Part shown: positions 1 through 9,549 of the stretch, piece by piece
Layout: each line of letters begins with the position of its first letter
Numbering within the stretch: the stretch's first letter is position 1
NCBI GenBank assembly: GCA_964603935.1
Contig: CAZRWL010000001.1
Coordinates: 2,306-66,305 of the forward strand
Length of the DNA: 64,000 nucleotides
Direction of reading: 5' to 3'
Source: an uncultured Gammaproteobacteria bacterium
GTDB taxonomy: Bacteria > Patescibacteriota > Microgenomatia > Levybacterales > UBA12049
Made by a program: the position numbers and the translations under genes
Notes under the pieces: generated by a model
The model's input: the letters and a program-made list of their open reading frames with translations, nothing else
The model's database searches: none
Told to the model about the DNA's origin: nothing

Positions 1-143
1 ATTTCATTCCTGATAGTTGCAGGAGAAGCGCTCAGACTGTATTTTTTCTCCAAAGTTTCCGACCCTACAGGCTCAGCTGTAGCGATATATTCCTCTATTA
101 AACTTTTGAGAATTTCTACCTGTCTCTGCGTCAAATCATTCAT
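1..143 (-). CDS. hrcA: Heat-inducible transcription repressor HrcA, N-terminal part (runs off window)
   Basis: Manual translation MNDLTQRQVEILKSLIEEYIATAEPVGSETLEKKYSLSASPATIRNE matches the HrcA wHTH signature; CIRCE directly upstream. Confidence 0.93.
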   Translation of the reverse strand, partial: MNDLTQRQVEILKSLIEEYIATAEPVGSETLEKKYSLSASPATIRNE

Positions 144-155
144 AGGATTTTTGGT

Positions 156-182
156 TTAGCAGTAATATAACATGAGTGCTAA
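156..182. promoter_or_regulatory. CIRCE operator overlapping the hrcA sigma70 promoter
   Basis: TTAGCAGTA-N9-GAGTGCTAA vs consensus TTAGCACTC-N9-GAGTGCTAA; minus-strand TTGACT (187-192), 17 nt, TATATT (164-169). Confidence 0.88.
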
Positions 183-223
183 AAAAAGTCAAGGGGCAAC
201 TGATTATTGAAGTTGCCCCGCGA

Positions 224-291
224 ATCCCGTACACGCGCTCTTGCGACGCGAGGACGTAGACCTCGGGAGCAAGTAAGCGATGTAGCGGGAT
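224..291. repeat. Long GC-rich imperfect hairpin (palindromic element or small RNA)
   Basis: Nested pairings ATCCCG/CGGGAT, TACA/TGTA, CGCT/AGCG, CTTGC/GCAAG, CGAGG/CCTCG; second hairpin GGGGCAACT/AGTTGCCCC at 193-219. Confidence 0.6.
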
Positions 292-318
292 CAAGAGGTA
301 AAGTGATAAACTCAATGT

Positions 319-684
319 ATGAATCGGAGAAAGCGGCCTTTTTGGCTTTTGGTTACTAGCCTTTTGTCTTTAGCCGGCATTATTTTTTTAATTAATTTTT
401 ACTCCCCATCAGCGCAATTTTCCTTGCCCCTCGGAGCCTTGGCAAAGGGGGGAATTTTCAATTTTCAATTTTCAATTCTTTCTGTTTTCTTTTTATTATT
501 TTTTACTTTCCTCTTGTCTCTTATCACTTATCTCCTACGTAGTTCTCGGAGGGCTTTCTTAATTGGATTTTTGACGATAATTTATCTTATTTTCCGCATG
601 CTTAATTTAAACAGCCCCTATTTTCTGCTCCTGCTCATCGCTCTTTTCGTGAGCCTTGAACTTTTCTTCAAAAAACAAGCATAA
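319..684 (+). CDS. Small multi-pass membrane protein, unknown function
   Basis: 121-aa ORF, about 4 hydrophobic segments; contains a palindrome plus ATTTTCA array at 427-477. Confidence 0.7.
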   Translation: MNRRKRPFWLLVTSLLSLAGIIFLINFYSPSAQFSLPLGALAKGGIFNFQFSILSVFFLLFFTFLLSLITYLLRSSRRAFLIGFLTIIYLIFRMLNLNSPYFLLLLIALFVSLELFFKKQA

Positions 685-703
685 AATCTGATAAAATAGA
701 TTT

Positions 704-2143
704 GTGAATAAATTTTATATTACAACCGCAATTCCTTATGTTAATGCAGCTCCTCACATTGGACACGCTTTAGAATTTGTTCAGGCGGATGTTCTAACGC
801 GTTATAATAGAATCAAAGGGAACGAAATTTTACTTTTGTCAGGAGCGGACGAGAACGCTTTGAAAAATGTTCAGGCTGCGGAAAAAGCAAATTTGCCAAT
901 TCAGGAATTTATTGACAAAAACAGCGCTCTTTTTGCCGATCTTGCTAAAAAATTAAACATCAACTTTGACGTATTCCAAAAAGGCAGTGATCCAAAGCAT
1001 CATTCTTCTTCTCAAGCACTGTGGAATCTTTGTAATGCAAGCGGAGATATTTATAAAAAAATTTATACAGGACTTTATTGCGTAGGCTGTGAGTTGTTTT
1101 ACGAAAAAGAAGAATTAAATGAAGGGGGGGAATGCGCTGAGCACCCGGGGAAAAAACTTGACGAAGTTTCTGAAGAAAATTATTTTTTCCGCCTTTCAAA
1201 ATATGAAACGCAAATCAAAAAATTAATTGAAGATAATACTATTAATATAATCCCGGAAAATAGAAAAAATGAAATGCTGGCTTTTGTTAAACAAGGATTA
1301 AAAGATATCAGTATTTCAAGATCAAATGAACGGGCAAAGAATTGGGGAGTTTCGGTTCCCAATGATAATGCGCAAAAAATGTATGTTTGGTTTGACGCTC
1401 TTAATATTTACCAATCAGGAATTGGGTTTGGAGCGGACGAAAAAAAATATCACAAATGGTGGCCGGCAGACTTGCATGTTATCGGCAAGGGAATTTTGCG
1501 CTTTCATGCTATTTATTGGCCGGCATTTTTATTGTCCGCCAAACTTAAACTTCCCAAAGCTATTTTTGTCCACGAATACATCACTGTCAACGGACAAAAA
1601 ATGTCCAAGACTGTCGGGAATGTTTTAGACCCAATTCCTTTGATCGAGAAATACGGCGCAGATGCTTTGCGTTATTATCTGCTTGCAAAAATATCTCCAT
1701 TTTCCGATGGCGATTTTTCCGAAGAAAAATTCAAAGAAGTTTACAATGCAGATTTAGCAAATGGAATTGGAAATACAGTATCAAGAATTGCAAAACTAGC
1801 AGAAACTTCAGGATTAAACTTTGATGAAAAGAAAATTGCTGAAAAACTATATTCAGAAGAACTCGAAGATGCTTTTGAGGAATTTAGATTTAGCGATATT
1901 TTACAAAATCTTTGGAATGTTCGTCTTTTTCTTATTAACGAACATGTTAACCAACACAATCCATGGATTGAGCTTAAAAGAGATAAAAACAAATTCAAAA
2001 TTATCTTACAAGAAGAAATTAATATGTTAAGAGAATTTGCTAGACAAATTAAACCTTTTCTCCCCGAAACTTCCGCAAAAATCGAAGAACAATTTAAGGG
2101 ACCAAAAATCTCCTCCCAAAAACCTCTATTCCCTAGAGTATAA
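704..2143 (+). CDS. metG: Methionine--tRNA ligase (short form, no C-terminal tRNA-binding domain)
   Basis: YITTAIPYVN, HIGH, YVWFDAL, IGKGILRFHAIYWPA, KMSKT motifs. Confidence 0.97.
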   Translation: MNKFYITTAIPYVNAAPHIGHALEFVQADVLTRYNRIKGNEILLLSGADENALKNVQAAEKANLPIQEFIDKNSALFADLAKKLNINFDVFQKGSDPKHHSSSQALWNLCNASGDIYKKIYTGLYCVGCELFYEKEELNEGGECAEHPGKKLDEVSEENYFFRLSKYETQIKKLIEDNTINIIPENRKNEMLAFVKQGLKDISISRSNERAKNWGVSVPNDNAQKMYVWFDALNIYQSGIGFGADEKKYHKWWPADLHVIGKGILRFHAIYWPAFLLSAKLKLPKAIFVHEYITVNGQKMSKTVGNVLDPIPLIEKYGADALRYYLLAKISPFSDGDFSEEKFKEVYNADLANGIGNTVSRIAKLAETSGLNFDEKKIAEKLYSEELEDAFEEFRFSDILQNLWNVRLFLINEHVNQHNPWIELKRDKNKFKIILQEEINMLREFARQIKPFLPETSAKIEEQFKGPKISSQKPLFPRV

Positions 2144-2208
2144 ATCTTCTCTCCGGAAAATATAATTTTCTAGTAAAAAATATTTATTGACACAGCATGC
2201 GAGAATGT

Positions 2209-2234
2209 GCTTTAATGATTTAAATCATTAAAGC
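2209..2234. promoter_or_regulatory. Perfect 26-bp palindrome over the -10/start site of the TrpR-like gene
   Basis: GCTTTAATGATTT-AAATCATTAAAGC; TTGACA at 2187-2192 and TG-C-TTTAAT at 2208-2216. Confidence 0.8.
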
Positions 2235-2237
2235 GAT

Positions 2238-2690
2238 ATGACACAGGTTTCCAGCTATCCCATTTCGAAAGAAATCGCCGACCGGATTTTTGAGATTTTT
2301 CTTAAAAGTCTTGTTAAAATACGTGATCAGAAAGAAGCGGATCAATTTATTTCTGACCTTTTAACTCCCACCGAAAAAATCATGCTTTCAAAAAGACTTG
2401 CGATTGCCTTGCTTCTGCAAAAAGATTATGACTACAGAACTATTCAAAAAATTATTAGAGTAAGCGCTGCTACTATTGCCTCTGTGAATATGGCAATCCG
2501 ATACGGAAGCGAAGGATACAGAAATCTGCTTAATAAAATTCTCAGGGAGGAAAAATTGATTAGCATTATGGAGAAATCGATTTCAAAACTCCTGTCTTTT
2601 CCGGCTAAAGCAACCAAAGGCGGAGCGGTCTGGAGATATTTAAAAGATGAGATAGATAAAAGCAGGAAGAAAAATAAGAAAGCGTTCTGA
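2238..2690 (+). CDS. TrpR-like (YerC/YecD family) helix-turn-helix protein
   Basis: FISDLLTPTEKIMLSKRLAIALLL...DYRTIQKIIRVSAATIASVN matches the TrpR/YerC pattern. Confidence 0.85.
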   Translation: MTQVSSYPISKEIADRIFEIFLKSLVKIRDQKEADQFISDLLTPTEKIMLSKRLAIALLLQKDYDYRTIQKIIRVSAATIASVNMAIRYGSEGYRNLLNKILREEKLISIMEKSISKLLSFPAKATKGGAVWRYLKDEIDKSRKKNKKAF

Positions 2691-2714
2691 CTTCAATGAT
2701 TTAAATCATTGAAG
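2691..2714. repeat. Perfect 24-bp palindrome right after the stop codon; sister of 2209-2234
   Basis: CTTCAATGATTT-AAATCATTGAAG. Confidence 0.85.
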
Positions 2715-2785
2715 CAATTAGAAAAAAAGGAATTTAGTGCTTGCAAAGAGATGCTTTTTTATACTAAGATTAATGTCGTTTTGAC

Positions 2786-3958
2786 ATGAAACATCCCAAA
2801 AAAACTGACAAGCAAAAACTCCTTATTATTTTATTTTTATGCTTAATTGTTCTTAGCGCTATTTCCTTCTTCTATTTTCTTGAGTCAAGAAAATCTCAAA
2901 ATTTCATTTTAAGCTTGAATAAGACTATAGACTCTACAAAAAAAGAATTGAGTAAGTTAAAAAACGAAGATCAATACAAGATTAACGAACAACTAAAAAC
3001 AGACATTAAATCAACCCATGATTCCTATAGCGAAACTGTTAAAGCCTATGAGAAAATCTTGGATTTAAAAGCGCAAAAGCAAGATGTTGGCGATTTGGAA
3101 AAAACTTATGCGGGAATTTTACAATATTTAACTGATCTTAATTATTCATCCGGATCCGCTCTGCTGACGGAATTAAATAACGATATAAACAAGAAATATA
3201 ACGCAATTGCTGCGACACAGAGTTCATTACCTTCAAATCAAACAGCAACTGCAAGCAATACTCCGCCATCAAGCGGATACAGTTTTCAGACAGTCAAAAC
3301 CGACAATGGAACTTTTAACGTGGCTATTATAGCAGCTGATCTTAATTCAACTAAAGTCATTATTGATACCGCATCGGATTCGGATTGCAATAATAATTGT
3401 CCGGTTATGGCTTTGGGTGATTATGCTGCCAGATCCGGAGCTTATGCGGGAATCAACGGCCCGTTTTTCTGTCCGGCAGAATATCCCAGCTGCGCAGGCA
3501 AAACTAATTCTTTTGATACTCTTTTGATGAATAAAAATAAACATTATTTTAATTCCGATAATAATAAATACAGCACCGTGCCGCTTATTTATTTTAGCGG
3601 CAATACCATGGGAGTACGGGGACAATCTTTGGATTGGGGACGGGATACGGGCGTAGATGCTGTTGTGGCTAACTTTCCTCTTTATCTTTCAGGCGGCAAT
3701 AATAATTTTGGAGGAAGTTCGGATCCTAAGATTAATAGCGCCGGCGCCCGAACTTTTGTCGCCAACAAAGGCAACTCTGTTTATATCGGTATTGTCTATA
3801 ATGCTTCAGCAGCCCAAGCAGCAGGCGTTCTTAAGACGCTTGGGATGGATAACGCTCTGGGATTGGATCAGGGAGGGTCAACTGCGCTTTGGTTCAACGG
3901 CTACAAAGCAGGTCCGGGAAGAAACATCCCCAGCGCTCTTCTTTTCGTCAGAAAATAA
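2786..3958 (+). CDS. Membrane-anchored phosphodiester glycosidase (NAGPA-like) family protein
   Basis: N-terminal TM and coiled coil; AGINGPFF, ART, NALGLDQGGSTAL, GRNIPSAL motifs. Confidence 0.8.
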   Translation: MKHPKKTDKQKLLIILFLCLIVLSAISFFYFLESRKSQNFILSLNKTIDSTKKELSKLKNEDQYKINEQLKTDIKSTHDSYSETVKAYEKILDLKAQKQDVGDLEKTYAGILQYLTDLNYSSGSALLTELNNDINKKYNAIAATQSSLPSNQTATASNTPPSSGYSFQTVKTDNGTFNVAIIAADLNSTKVIIDTASDSDCNNNCPVMALGDYAARSGAYAGINGPFFCPAEYPSCAGKTNSFDTLLMNKNKHYFNSDNNKYSTVPLIYFSGNTMGVRGQSLDWGRDTGVDAVVANFPLYLSGGNNNFGGSSDPKINSAGARTFVANKGNSVYIGIVYNASAAQAAGVLKTLGMDNALGLDQGGSTALWFNGYKAGPGRNIPSALLFVRK

Positions 3959-4110
3959 ATATTAGAGAAGAGAAACAGGAACTCTTAATCCCATTCTAAT
4001 CAGCTTCTTGAATTGATTTCTGCAGATTTGCCTTACGCTCTCCAATTTAGAAAAAGAGATATCTCTTTTTATTTTTCTTGCAAAAATTCTCATAGCAGCG
4101 ATCTTCATAG

Positions 4111-4188
4111 CTTCGATTTGCTCATTCTTCGATTCCACTCAGAATCCTGAGCGAGTCGAAGGACTATGACCCTGAGCCTGCCGAACGG
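4111..4188. repeat. Nested REP-like palindromic elements (CTTCGA..CTCA / CCTGAGC..CGAAGG family)
   Basis: Inner TTCTTCGATTCCACTCAGAATCCTGAGCGAGTCGAAGGA (4125-4163) inside outer CTTCGATTTGCTCA...CCCTGAGCCTGCCGAACGG. Confidence 0.7.
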
Positions 4189-4357
4189 ATCATACTACCC
4201 AAATTGCTGCGTGCGCATTAGCATATAAAACCCTATTGCGCTCACCGCAATCAACAGCGATATTTCCATGCACTCATTTTAAGTTTCGGGTGTAAATATT
4301 ACTTTAAGCGCAAGTAAGAAACATGAAAGAGAAACTGATATATAATAATGGTACCCT

Positions 4358-5152
4358 ATGATTGACGTGCACTGTCATCTGAATTTTCATGCTTTTGCAA
4401 AAGATACCGATAAAGTTATCGGAAACGCATTTGCAGCCGGAGTTACCAAAATCATTAATGTGGGGACTAAAATTGACTCAAGCCAAACCGCTGTAGATTT
4501 GGCGCAAAAATACGAAAATTTATATGCAATTGTTGGAATCCATCCCCACCACGCTGATAAATTAGAAAGCAATTGGCTTGAAGAGTTGGAAGAATTAGCA
4601 AAAAAACCAAAAGTAGTGGCAATTGGCGAGATTGGAATGGATTATTATTCTTACAAATCAAATGCTATTGTTGACCCCAAATTGCAAAAAGAAGTATTCA
4701 TAAAACAGATTCAGTTGGCGCATAAACTAAATCTTCCTCTGCAAATTCATAATCGTCAGGCAGGAAAAGACATAGTGGATATACTGCTAAATCATAAGTC
4801 ATATCTCTTAAATCCCCCGGGCATGTTTCACTGCATGTCAGGAGACTTAGATTTGTTGAAAAAAGTCCTGGATTTTGGATTTTATGTTGGCTTTGATGGC
4901 AATATTACCTATAATGGTATCGCTAAAGGAGAAACAACAGCTCTATCCGAGCTGGTAGAATATGCTCCCTGCGATAGAATTGTGACTGAAACAGACAGTC
5001 CTTTTTTGACGCCCGAGCCCCACAGGGGTAGCAGAAATATACCCTCCTATGTTATAATTACAGCTAGGAAAATTGCGGAAATTAAGAAAATTCCCTTTGA
5101 AGAATTAGCCGATAATGCAATCCAAAACGCAATAAGACTCTTTAAGCTATGA
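4358..5152 (+). CDS. tatD: TatD family deoxyribonuclease
   Basis: IDVHCHL, GIHPH, AIGEIGMDY, IHNR, ETDSPFL motifs. Confidence 0.95.
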   Translation: MIDVHCHLNFHAFAKDTDKVIGNAFAAGVTKIINVGTKIDSSQTAVDLAQKYENLYAIVGIHPHHADKLESNWLEELEELAKKPKVVAIGEIGMDYYSYKSNAIVDPKLQKEVFIKQIQLAHKLNLPLQIHNRQAGKDIVDILLNHKSYLLNPPGMFHCMSGDLDLLKKVLDFGFYVGFDGNITYNGIAKGETTALSELVEYAPCDRIVTETDSPFLTPEPHRGSRNIPSYVIITARKIAEIKKIPFEELADNAIQNAIRLFKL

Positions 5153-5200
5153 CACGTTCGACTATCGCTCAGTGTCATAGTGAGGAATTCGAACTATGAC
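5147..5200. repeat. REP-like palindromic element between tatD and the GT2 gene, flanked by CTATGAC direct repeats
   Basis: GTTCGACTATCGCTCAGTGTCATAGTGAGGAATTCGAAC (5156-5194); CTATGAC at 5147-5153 and 5194-5200. Confidence 0.65.
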
Positions 5201-6689
5201 TGCTTTCTTTCAAAAAGTATTTACACGCTATCCCATAAAGACAAAAAGATTTCTGGAAATACTCCCTGGAACCGTATCTTGGACATTAATTCTTTTTCCC
5301 GTATGGGGTTCGCTTCTAATACCATATATTGTCGCATATTTTATTTTATTCTTTGATGTTTATTGGTTTTACAAATCATTCTCGCTTGCAATCATGGCTT
5401 TCATCGCATCCAGGAAGATAAAAAAATCGGAAAATGAAAATTGGTTTAATAAAATTAAAACTCTTAAGAATTACCAAAAAATTAGCCATGTGGTAATAAT
5501 CCCGAATTATACCGAAACTGTAGGTAAGTTAAGAACAACTCTTAATTCAATTGCGTCCCAAACATTCCCTGCAAAAAGAATATTTGTAGTTCTAGGAATG
5601 GAAGAAAGAGAAAGTCAGGGAGCAGAACGAGCCAAAATACTAATTCGGGAATTTAAGAGCATATTTGGAGGAATATATGCTACGTATCATCCTGATATTC
5701 CAGGTGAAGTAAAAGGAAAATCGTCAAATCAGTCGTTTGCATCAAAAGAAATTTACAAAAAACTTATTCTTAAAAAAATCATTGATATAAATTATGCAAC
5801 CATATCTTCTGTTGACGCTGATTCGATTTTCGATAAACAATATTTTTCTTATTTGACATACGAATTTTTAACCGATCCCAAGCCGTACAATAGATTTTGG
5901 CAATCGGCAAATGTTAATCACAATAATTTTTGGAATGTGCCCGCGCCAATAAGAATTATCTCTTTTTTCGGTTCTCTTTGGAGAACGGCAGTATTAGTGC
6001 AGGGAGACAGGCTTATTTCCAATTCAACTTATTCGCTATCTTTCGCTCTACTTAAGAAAATAGACTTTTGGGATACGGACGTTATTCCGGAAGACTATAG
6101 AATTTTCTTCAAGGCGTTTTACAAACTTAACGGCAATGTATGGGCAAAGCCAATATTCCTAAAAACATCTATGGATTCTCCGCGGTCATCCAATTTTCTC
6201 AAAAGTCTTAAGAGTAAATATCAGCAAGAGCAAAGATGGTCTTGGGGCGCTTCCGATGACCCCGTATTTATTAAATGGTGGTTCACTGTCCCCAACGTCC
6301 CTTTTGCAAGAAAAACAATTATGCTTTTCCATGTTCTGTTTGATCATTTCCTTTGGCCTGTAAATTGGTTCATTATCACTATTTCCGCAAACATCATAAC
6401 TCTTGTAAATCCTATTTTTTCAAGAACAACTATTGGGTATATGTTACCTCGTTTGGCAGGATTTATTTTAACTTCTTGCACAATAGCTTTTATCTCCATG
6501 ATTATTATTGATTTCAGAAACAGACCAAAAGATCCTTCCGTTTCTAAAATTCGTCAATTTATTTTTCCTCTGGAATTCATCCTTCTGCCAATCGTAGGAT
6601 TTTTTCTATCCACTCTTCCTGCTTTAATCTCTCATACTCGGCTTATGTTTGGAAAAAGAATGGAATATAAAGTCACGGAAAAATTATGA
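5196..6689 (+). CDS. Membrane GT2-family glycosyltransferase
   Basis: IIPNY, GKSSN, DADS, IPED, QEQRW (QxxRW) motifs with flanking TM helices. Confidence 0.88.
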   Translation: MTAFFQKVFTRYPIKTKRFLEILPGTVSWTLILFPVWGSLLIPYIVAYFILFFDVYWFYKSFSLAIMAFIASRKIKKSENENWFNKIKTLKNYQKISHVVIIPNYTETVGKLRTTLNSIASQTFPAKRIFVVLGMEERESQGAERAKILIREFKSIFGGIYATYHPDIPGEVKGKSSNQSFASKEIYKKLILKKIIDINYATISSVDADSIFDKQYFSYLTYEFLTDPKPYNRFWQSANVNHNNFWNVPAPIRIISFFGSLWRTAVLVQGDRLISNSTYSLSFALLKKIDFWDTDVIPEDYRIFFKAFYKLNGNVWAKPIFLKTSMDSPRSSNFLKSLKSKYQQEQRWSWGASDDPVFIKWWFTVPNVPFARKTIMLFHVLFDHFLWPVNWFIITISANIITLVNPIFSRTTIGYMLPRLAGFILTSCTIAFISMIIIDFRNRPKDPSVSKIRQFIFPLEFILLPIVGFFLSTLPALISHTRLMFGKRMEYKVTEKL

Positions 6690-8161
6690 CCCTTACAAAA
6701 ATTCTAAAAGGACTTGAGAGAAGCAAAGAATTCTGGTTTGCTATTTTAACCTTATTCTTATTCTTTATACTAAGACTCCCTTCACTTTTTGAACCTCTTT
6801 GGTACGGAGATGAAGGAATATATCAAACAATAGGATCCTCGTTGAATCATGGAAAGTTGCTTTATTCGGAGGTATTCGATAACAAACCGCCTCTTTTGTA
6901 TTGGCTATATTCCTTTCTTCGCTCCGATCAGTTCAGCGTAAGGCTTGCATCTCTTATGTTTGGCGCGCTTTCTGTCGGAGCATTTTTCCTATTATCAAGA
7001 AGGCTTTTCAAAGGCAAAAATAGTGCTTCTTGTCTGGCAACTCTTGTTTTTGCTATTTTATTTGGCTTACCAACGTTAGAAGGAAATATCGCAAATGCGG
7101 AAAACTTTATGCTGCTACCAATCCTAGTTGCTGCGTTCATAATTTCAAATTTCAAATTTCACCTGTCCCCAGCGGGGGAAATTTCAAATTTCAAATTATT
7201 TATAGCCGGGACTTTCCTGGGTATTGCTTTTCTTTTCAAGATTGTCGCAATTTTTGATCTAGCTGCTTTTACCATTTTTTATTTTATCGCTAATTATAAT
7301 TTACTAAAAAAGGGCGTTAAAATACGATCTATTATTGTCGGATTTGCGCTTCCAATACTTCTTATTGCTTTGTTTTTTATCCTTAATGGAACATTTGCAG
7401 ACTTTATAAGAGCTGCATTTATCTCTAATATCTCTTATGTTAGTTATGGAAACAGAATTGGCGCATTCCCCATTATTCTTTTTATAAAATTGATTATTTT
7501 AGGAATTTTTATTCTATATGTCTTTAAGGAAAAAGAGAAAATTAGTCAAGTTTATCTTTTTATTCTGACTTGGTTCGCATTCTCATTGTTCAACGCTTAC
7601 TTTCCCCAACGCCCATACACTCATTATCTATTAATTTTAATTCCAAGCCTATCTCTTCTGATAGGGTTAATTTTATTTGATAAAAAGTATCGAAAAACTA
7701 TAGCTGTTATTTTTTTAATAGCTTTATTAATTGTAATAAAAGGATTTGGTATTCCAAAATTTCACAAAAGCATTAACTATTATCAAAATTTCCTATCTTA
7801 TGCTAAAGGCGAAAAGACAATGAGCTCGTATCAGGAATTTTTTGACCGAAATACGCCATTTGATTATGAAATAGCGCGTTTTATTAAGCCCAAACTTACC
7901 AAGAACGAGACTATTTTTGTTTGGGGAAACAATGCTCAATTATATCAATTGACCAACACAATTGCTCCAGCAAAATATACTGTTGCATATCACACATCAA
8001 ATTATAGCGATGGAGAAATAAACACAAAAACAATGATTGAAAAAGCAAGACCAAAATTTATCGTATTAATGCCTAATCAGAAAGCACTTCCTTTTTCGCT
8101 TATAGGTTATTTTCAAATAATAGAAATTAACAAAACAATAATATATGAGAGATTTTTTTAA
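6686..8161 (+). CDS. GT-C (ArnT/PMT-like) membrane glycosyltransferase
   Basis: WYGDEGIY, DNKPP motifs; many TM helices. Confidence 0.8.
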   Translation: MTLTKILKGLERSKEFWFAILTLFLFFILRLPSLFEPLWYGDEGIYQTIGSSLNHGKLLYSEVFDNKPPLLYWLYSFLRSDQFSVRLASLMFGALSVGAFFLLSRRLFKGKNSASCLATLVFAILFGLPTLEGNIANAENFMLLPILVAAFIISNFKFHLSPAGEISNFKLFIAGTFLGIAFLFKIVAIFDLAAFTIFYFIANYNLLKKGVKIRSIIVGFALPILLIALFFILNGTFADFIRAAFISNISYVSYGNRIGAFPIILFIKLIILGIFILYVFKEKEKISQVYLFILTWFAFSLFNAYFPQRPYTHYLLILIPSLSLLIGLILFDKKYRKTIAVIFLIALLIVIKGFGIPKFHKSINYYQNFLSYAKGEKTMSSYQEFFDRNTPFDYEIARFIKPKLTKNETIFVWGNNAQLYQLTNTIAPAKYTVAYHTSNYSDGEINTKTMIEKARPKFIVLMPNQKALPFSLIGYFQIIEINKTIIYERFF

Positions 8162-8498
8162 AGAAATAACGCAGGATAAAACCGTAACTTTAGTATACTT
8201 TATCAACGGATTTTTTATTATTTCGTCCGTTGTTCTTGTTTTATTTTTCTACAGACGCTTCCCCCCATTGATTCCAATTTTCAATCAGCTGCCATGGGGC
8301 GAGCAAAGACTGGGAACAACAATAACTATATTTATACCCATATTTGTGTCGCTGTCAATTTTGGTAAGCAATATTTTTATTTCGGCTTTAATCTACAAAA
8401 ATATTCCCCTCGCTGCCCGCATGCTCGCAGCCATTAGCCTTCTTATAGGAATACTTACGCTGCTTCTTGTTGTAAAAACTATTGCATTGACTGCTTGA
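8145..8498 (+). CDS. Small 3-TM membrane protein
   Basis: Overlapping operon context; PPLIPIFNQLPWG loop between TM segments. Confidence 0.7.
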   Translation: MRDFFKEITQDKTVTLVYFINGFFIISSVVLVLFFYRRFPPLIPIFNQLPWGEQRLGTTITIFIPIFVSLSILVSNIFISALIYKNIPLAARMLAAISLLIGILTLLLVVKTIALTA

Positions 8499-8499
8499 T

Positions 8500-9549
8500 A
8501 TGACAATATTTTTTTCTTTTCTAACAGCATTTATTGCGACTATCATCGCAACACCTTTATCTATATTCATTATGAAAAAGATGAATATTATTGATGATCC
8601 AAAAATCCATAAGCATCCCGCAATAATTCATAAAAAACCTATTCCCCGAGGCGGAGGAATTCCTCTTTTTGCAGGAACTGTCTTGGCTGCAATATTTTTT
8701 CTGCCTCTTCCCAAAACCATGATTATGCTTTTCATCGCAGGATTTATTGCGCTTCTAATCGGCATTATAGATGATAAATATGATATTTCCCCATACTTAC
8801 GATTTCTTTCAAATATTGCAGTTGCAGGAATTGTCGTTGGAAGCGGAATAACTATTCCTTTCGTAACAAATCCATTGGGAGGAATATTGTATCTTGATTC
8901 AATGAGTCTCCCTTTTGGGCTCAAACTTCCCGACATGATTGCGATGCTTTGGATTATCTGGGTTATGAATATGTTAAACTGGAGCAAAGGAGTTGACGGC
9001 CAAATGCCCGGAATTGTAGCAATATCGGCAATCGTAATAGGACTCCTTGGTATTCGTCTCGCAGATCCCAGCCACACAAATCAAGTAAGCATAATGCTTT
9101 CTTTTATTATAGCCGGAGCATCGCTTGGATTCTTAGTATTTAATTATCATCCGGCGAGGATATTTCCCGGATATGGCGCCACTGCTATTTATCTCTTGCT
9201 TGGCGCGGCTTCTATTTTGTCCGGAGCAAAACTAGCAACAGCTATATTGGTAATGGGAGTGCCAATGGTGGATGGCGCATTCACGATAATACGCCGTCTT
9301 TTAACAGGGCGTTCTCCTTTCTGGCATGACAAAAAACATCTCCACCATCTGCTCTTAAGTCTTGGCATGGGACAGAAGCGTATCGCATTGTTTTATTGGA
9401 CAATCTCTGCTATATTAGGAGCGCTTGCTTTGGTTTTGTCAAGTCAAGCTAAGGCTTTTGCGATTATAATGCTTTTAATTGTATTAGGCGGAACATTGCT
9501 TTTTCTGCATTATGCTCTTGAAAACACCTATGACAAAAATCGCCTATAA
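8500..9549 (+). CDS. MraY/WecA-like polyprenyl-phosphate sugar-1-phosphate transferase
   Basis: PRGGG, GIIDDKY, NMLNWSKGVDG, FNYHPARIFPG, DKKHLHH motifs. Confidence 0.9.
   Translation: MTIFFSFLTAFIATIIATPLSIFIMKKMNIIDDPKIHKHPAIIHKKPIPRGGGIPLFAGTVLAAIFFLPLPKTMIMLFIAGFIALLIGIIDDKYDISPYLRFLSNIAVAGIVVGSGITIPFVTNPLGGILYLDSMSLPFGLKLPDMIAMLWIIWVMNMLNWSKGVDGQMPGIVAISAIVIGLLGIRLADPSHTNQVSIMLSFIIAGASLGFLVFNYHPARIFPGYGATAIYLLLGAASILSGAKLATAILVMGVPMVDGAFTIIRRLLTGRSPFWHDKKHLHHLLLSLGMGQKRIALFYWTISAILGALALVLSSQAKAFAIIMLLIVLGGTLLFLHYALENTYDKNRL

Noticed and set aside
3959-4357. Possible gene in the 400-bp gap before tatD
   Set aside because: Only ~24-codon ORFs around nested repeats; no recognisable product.
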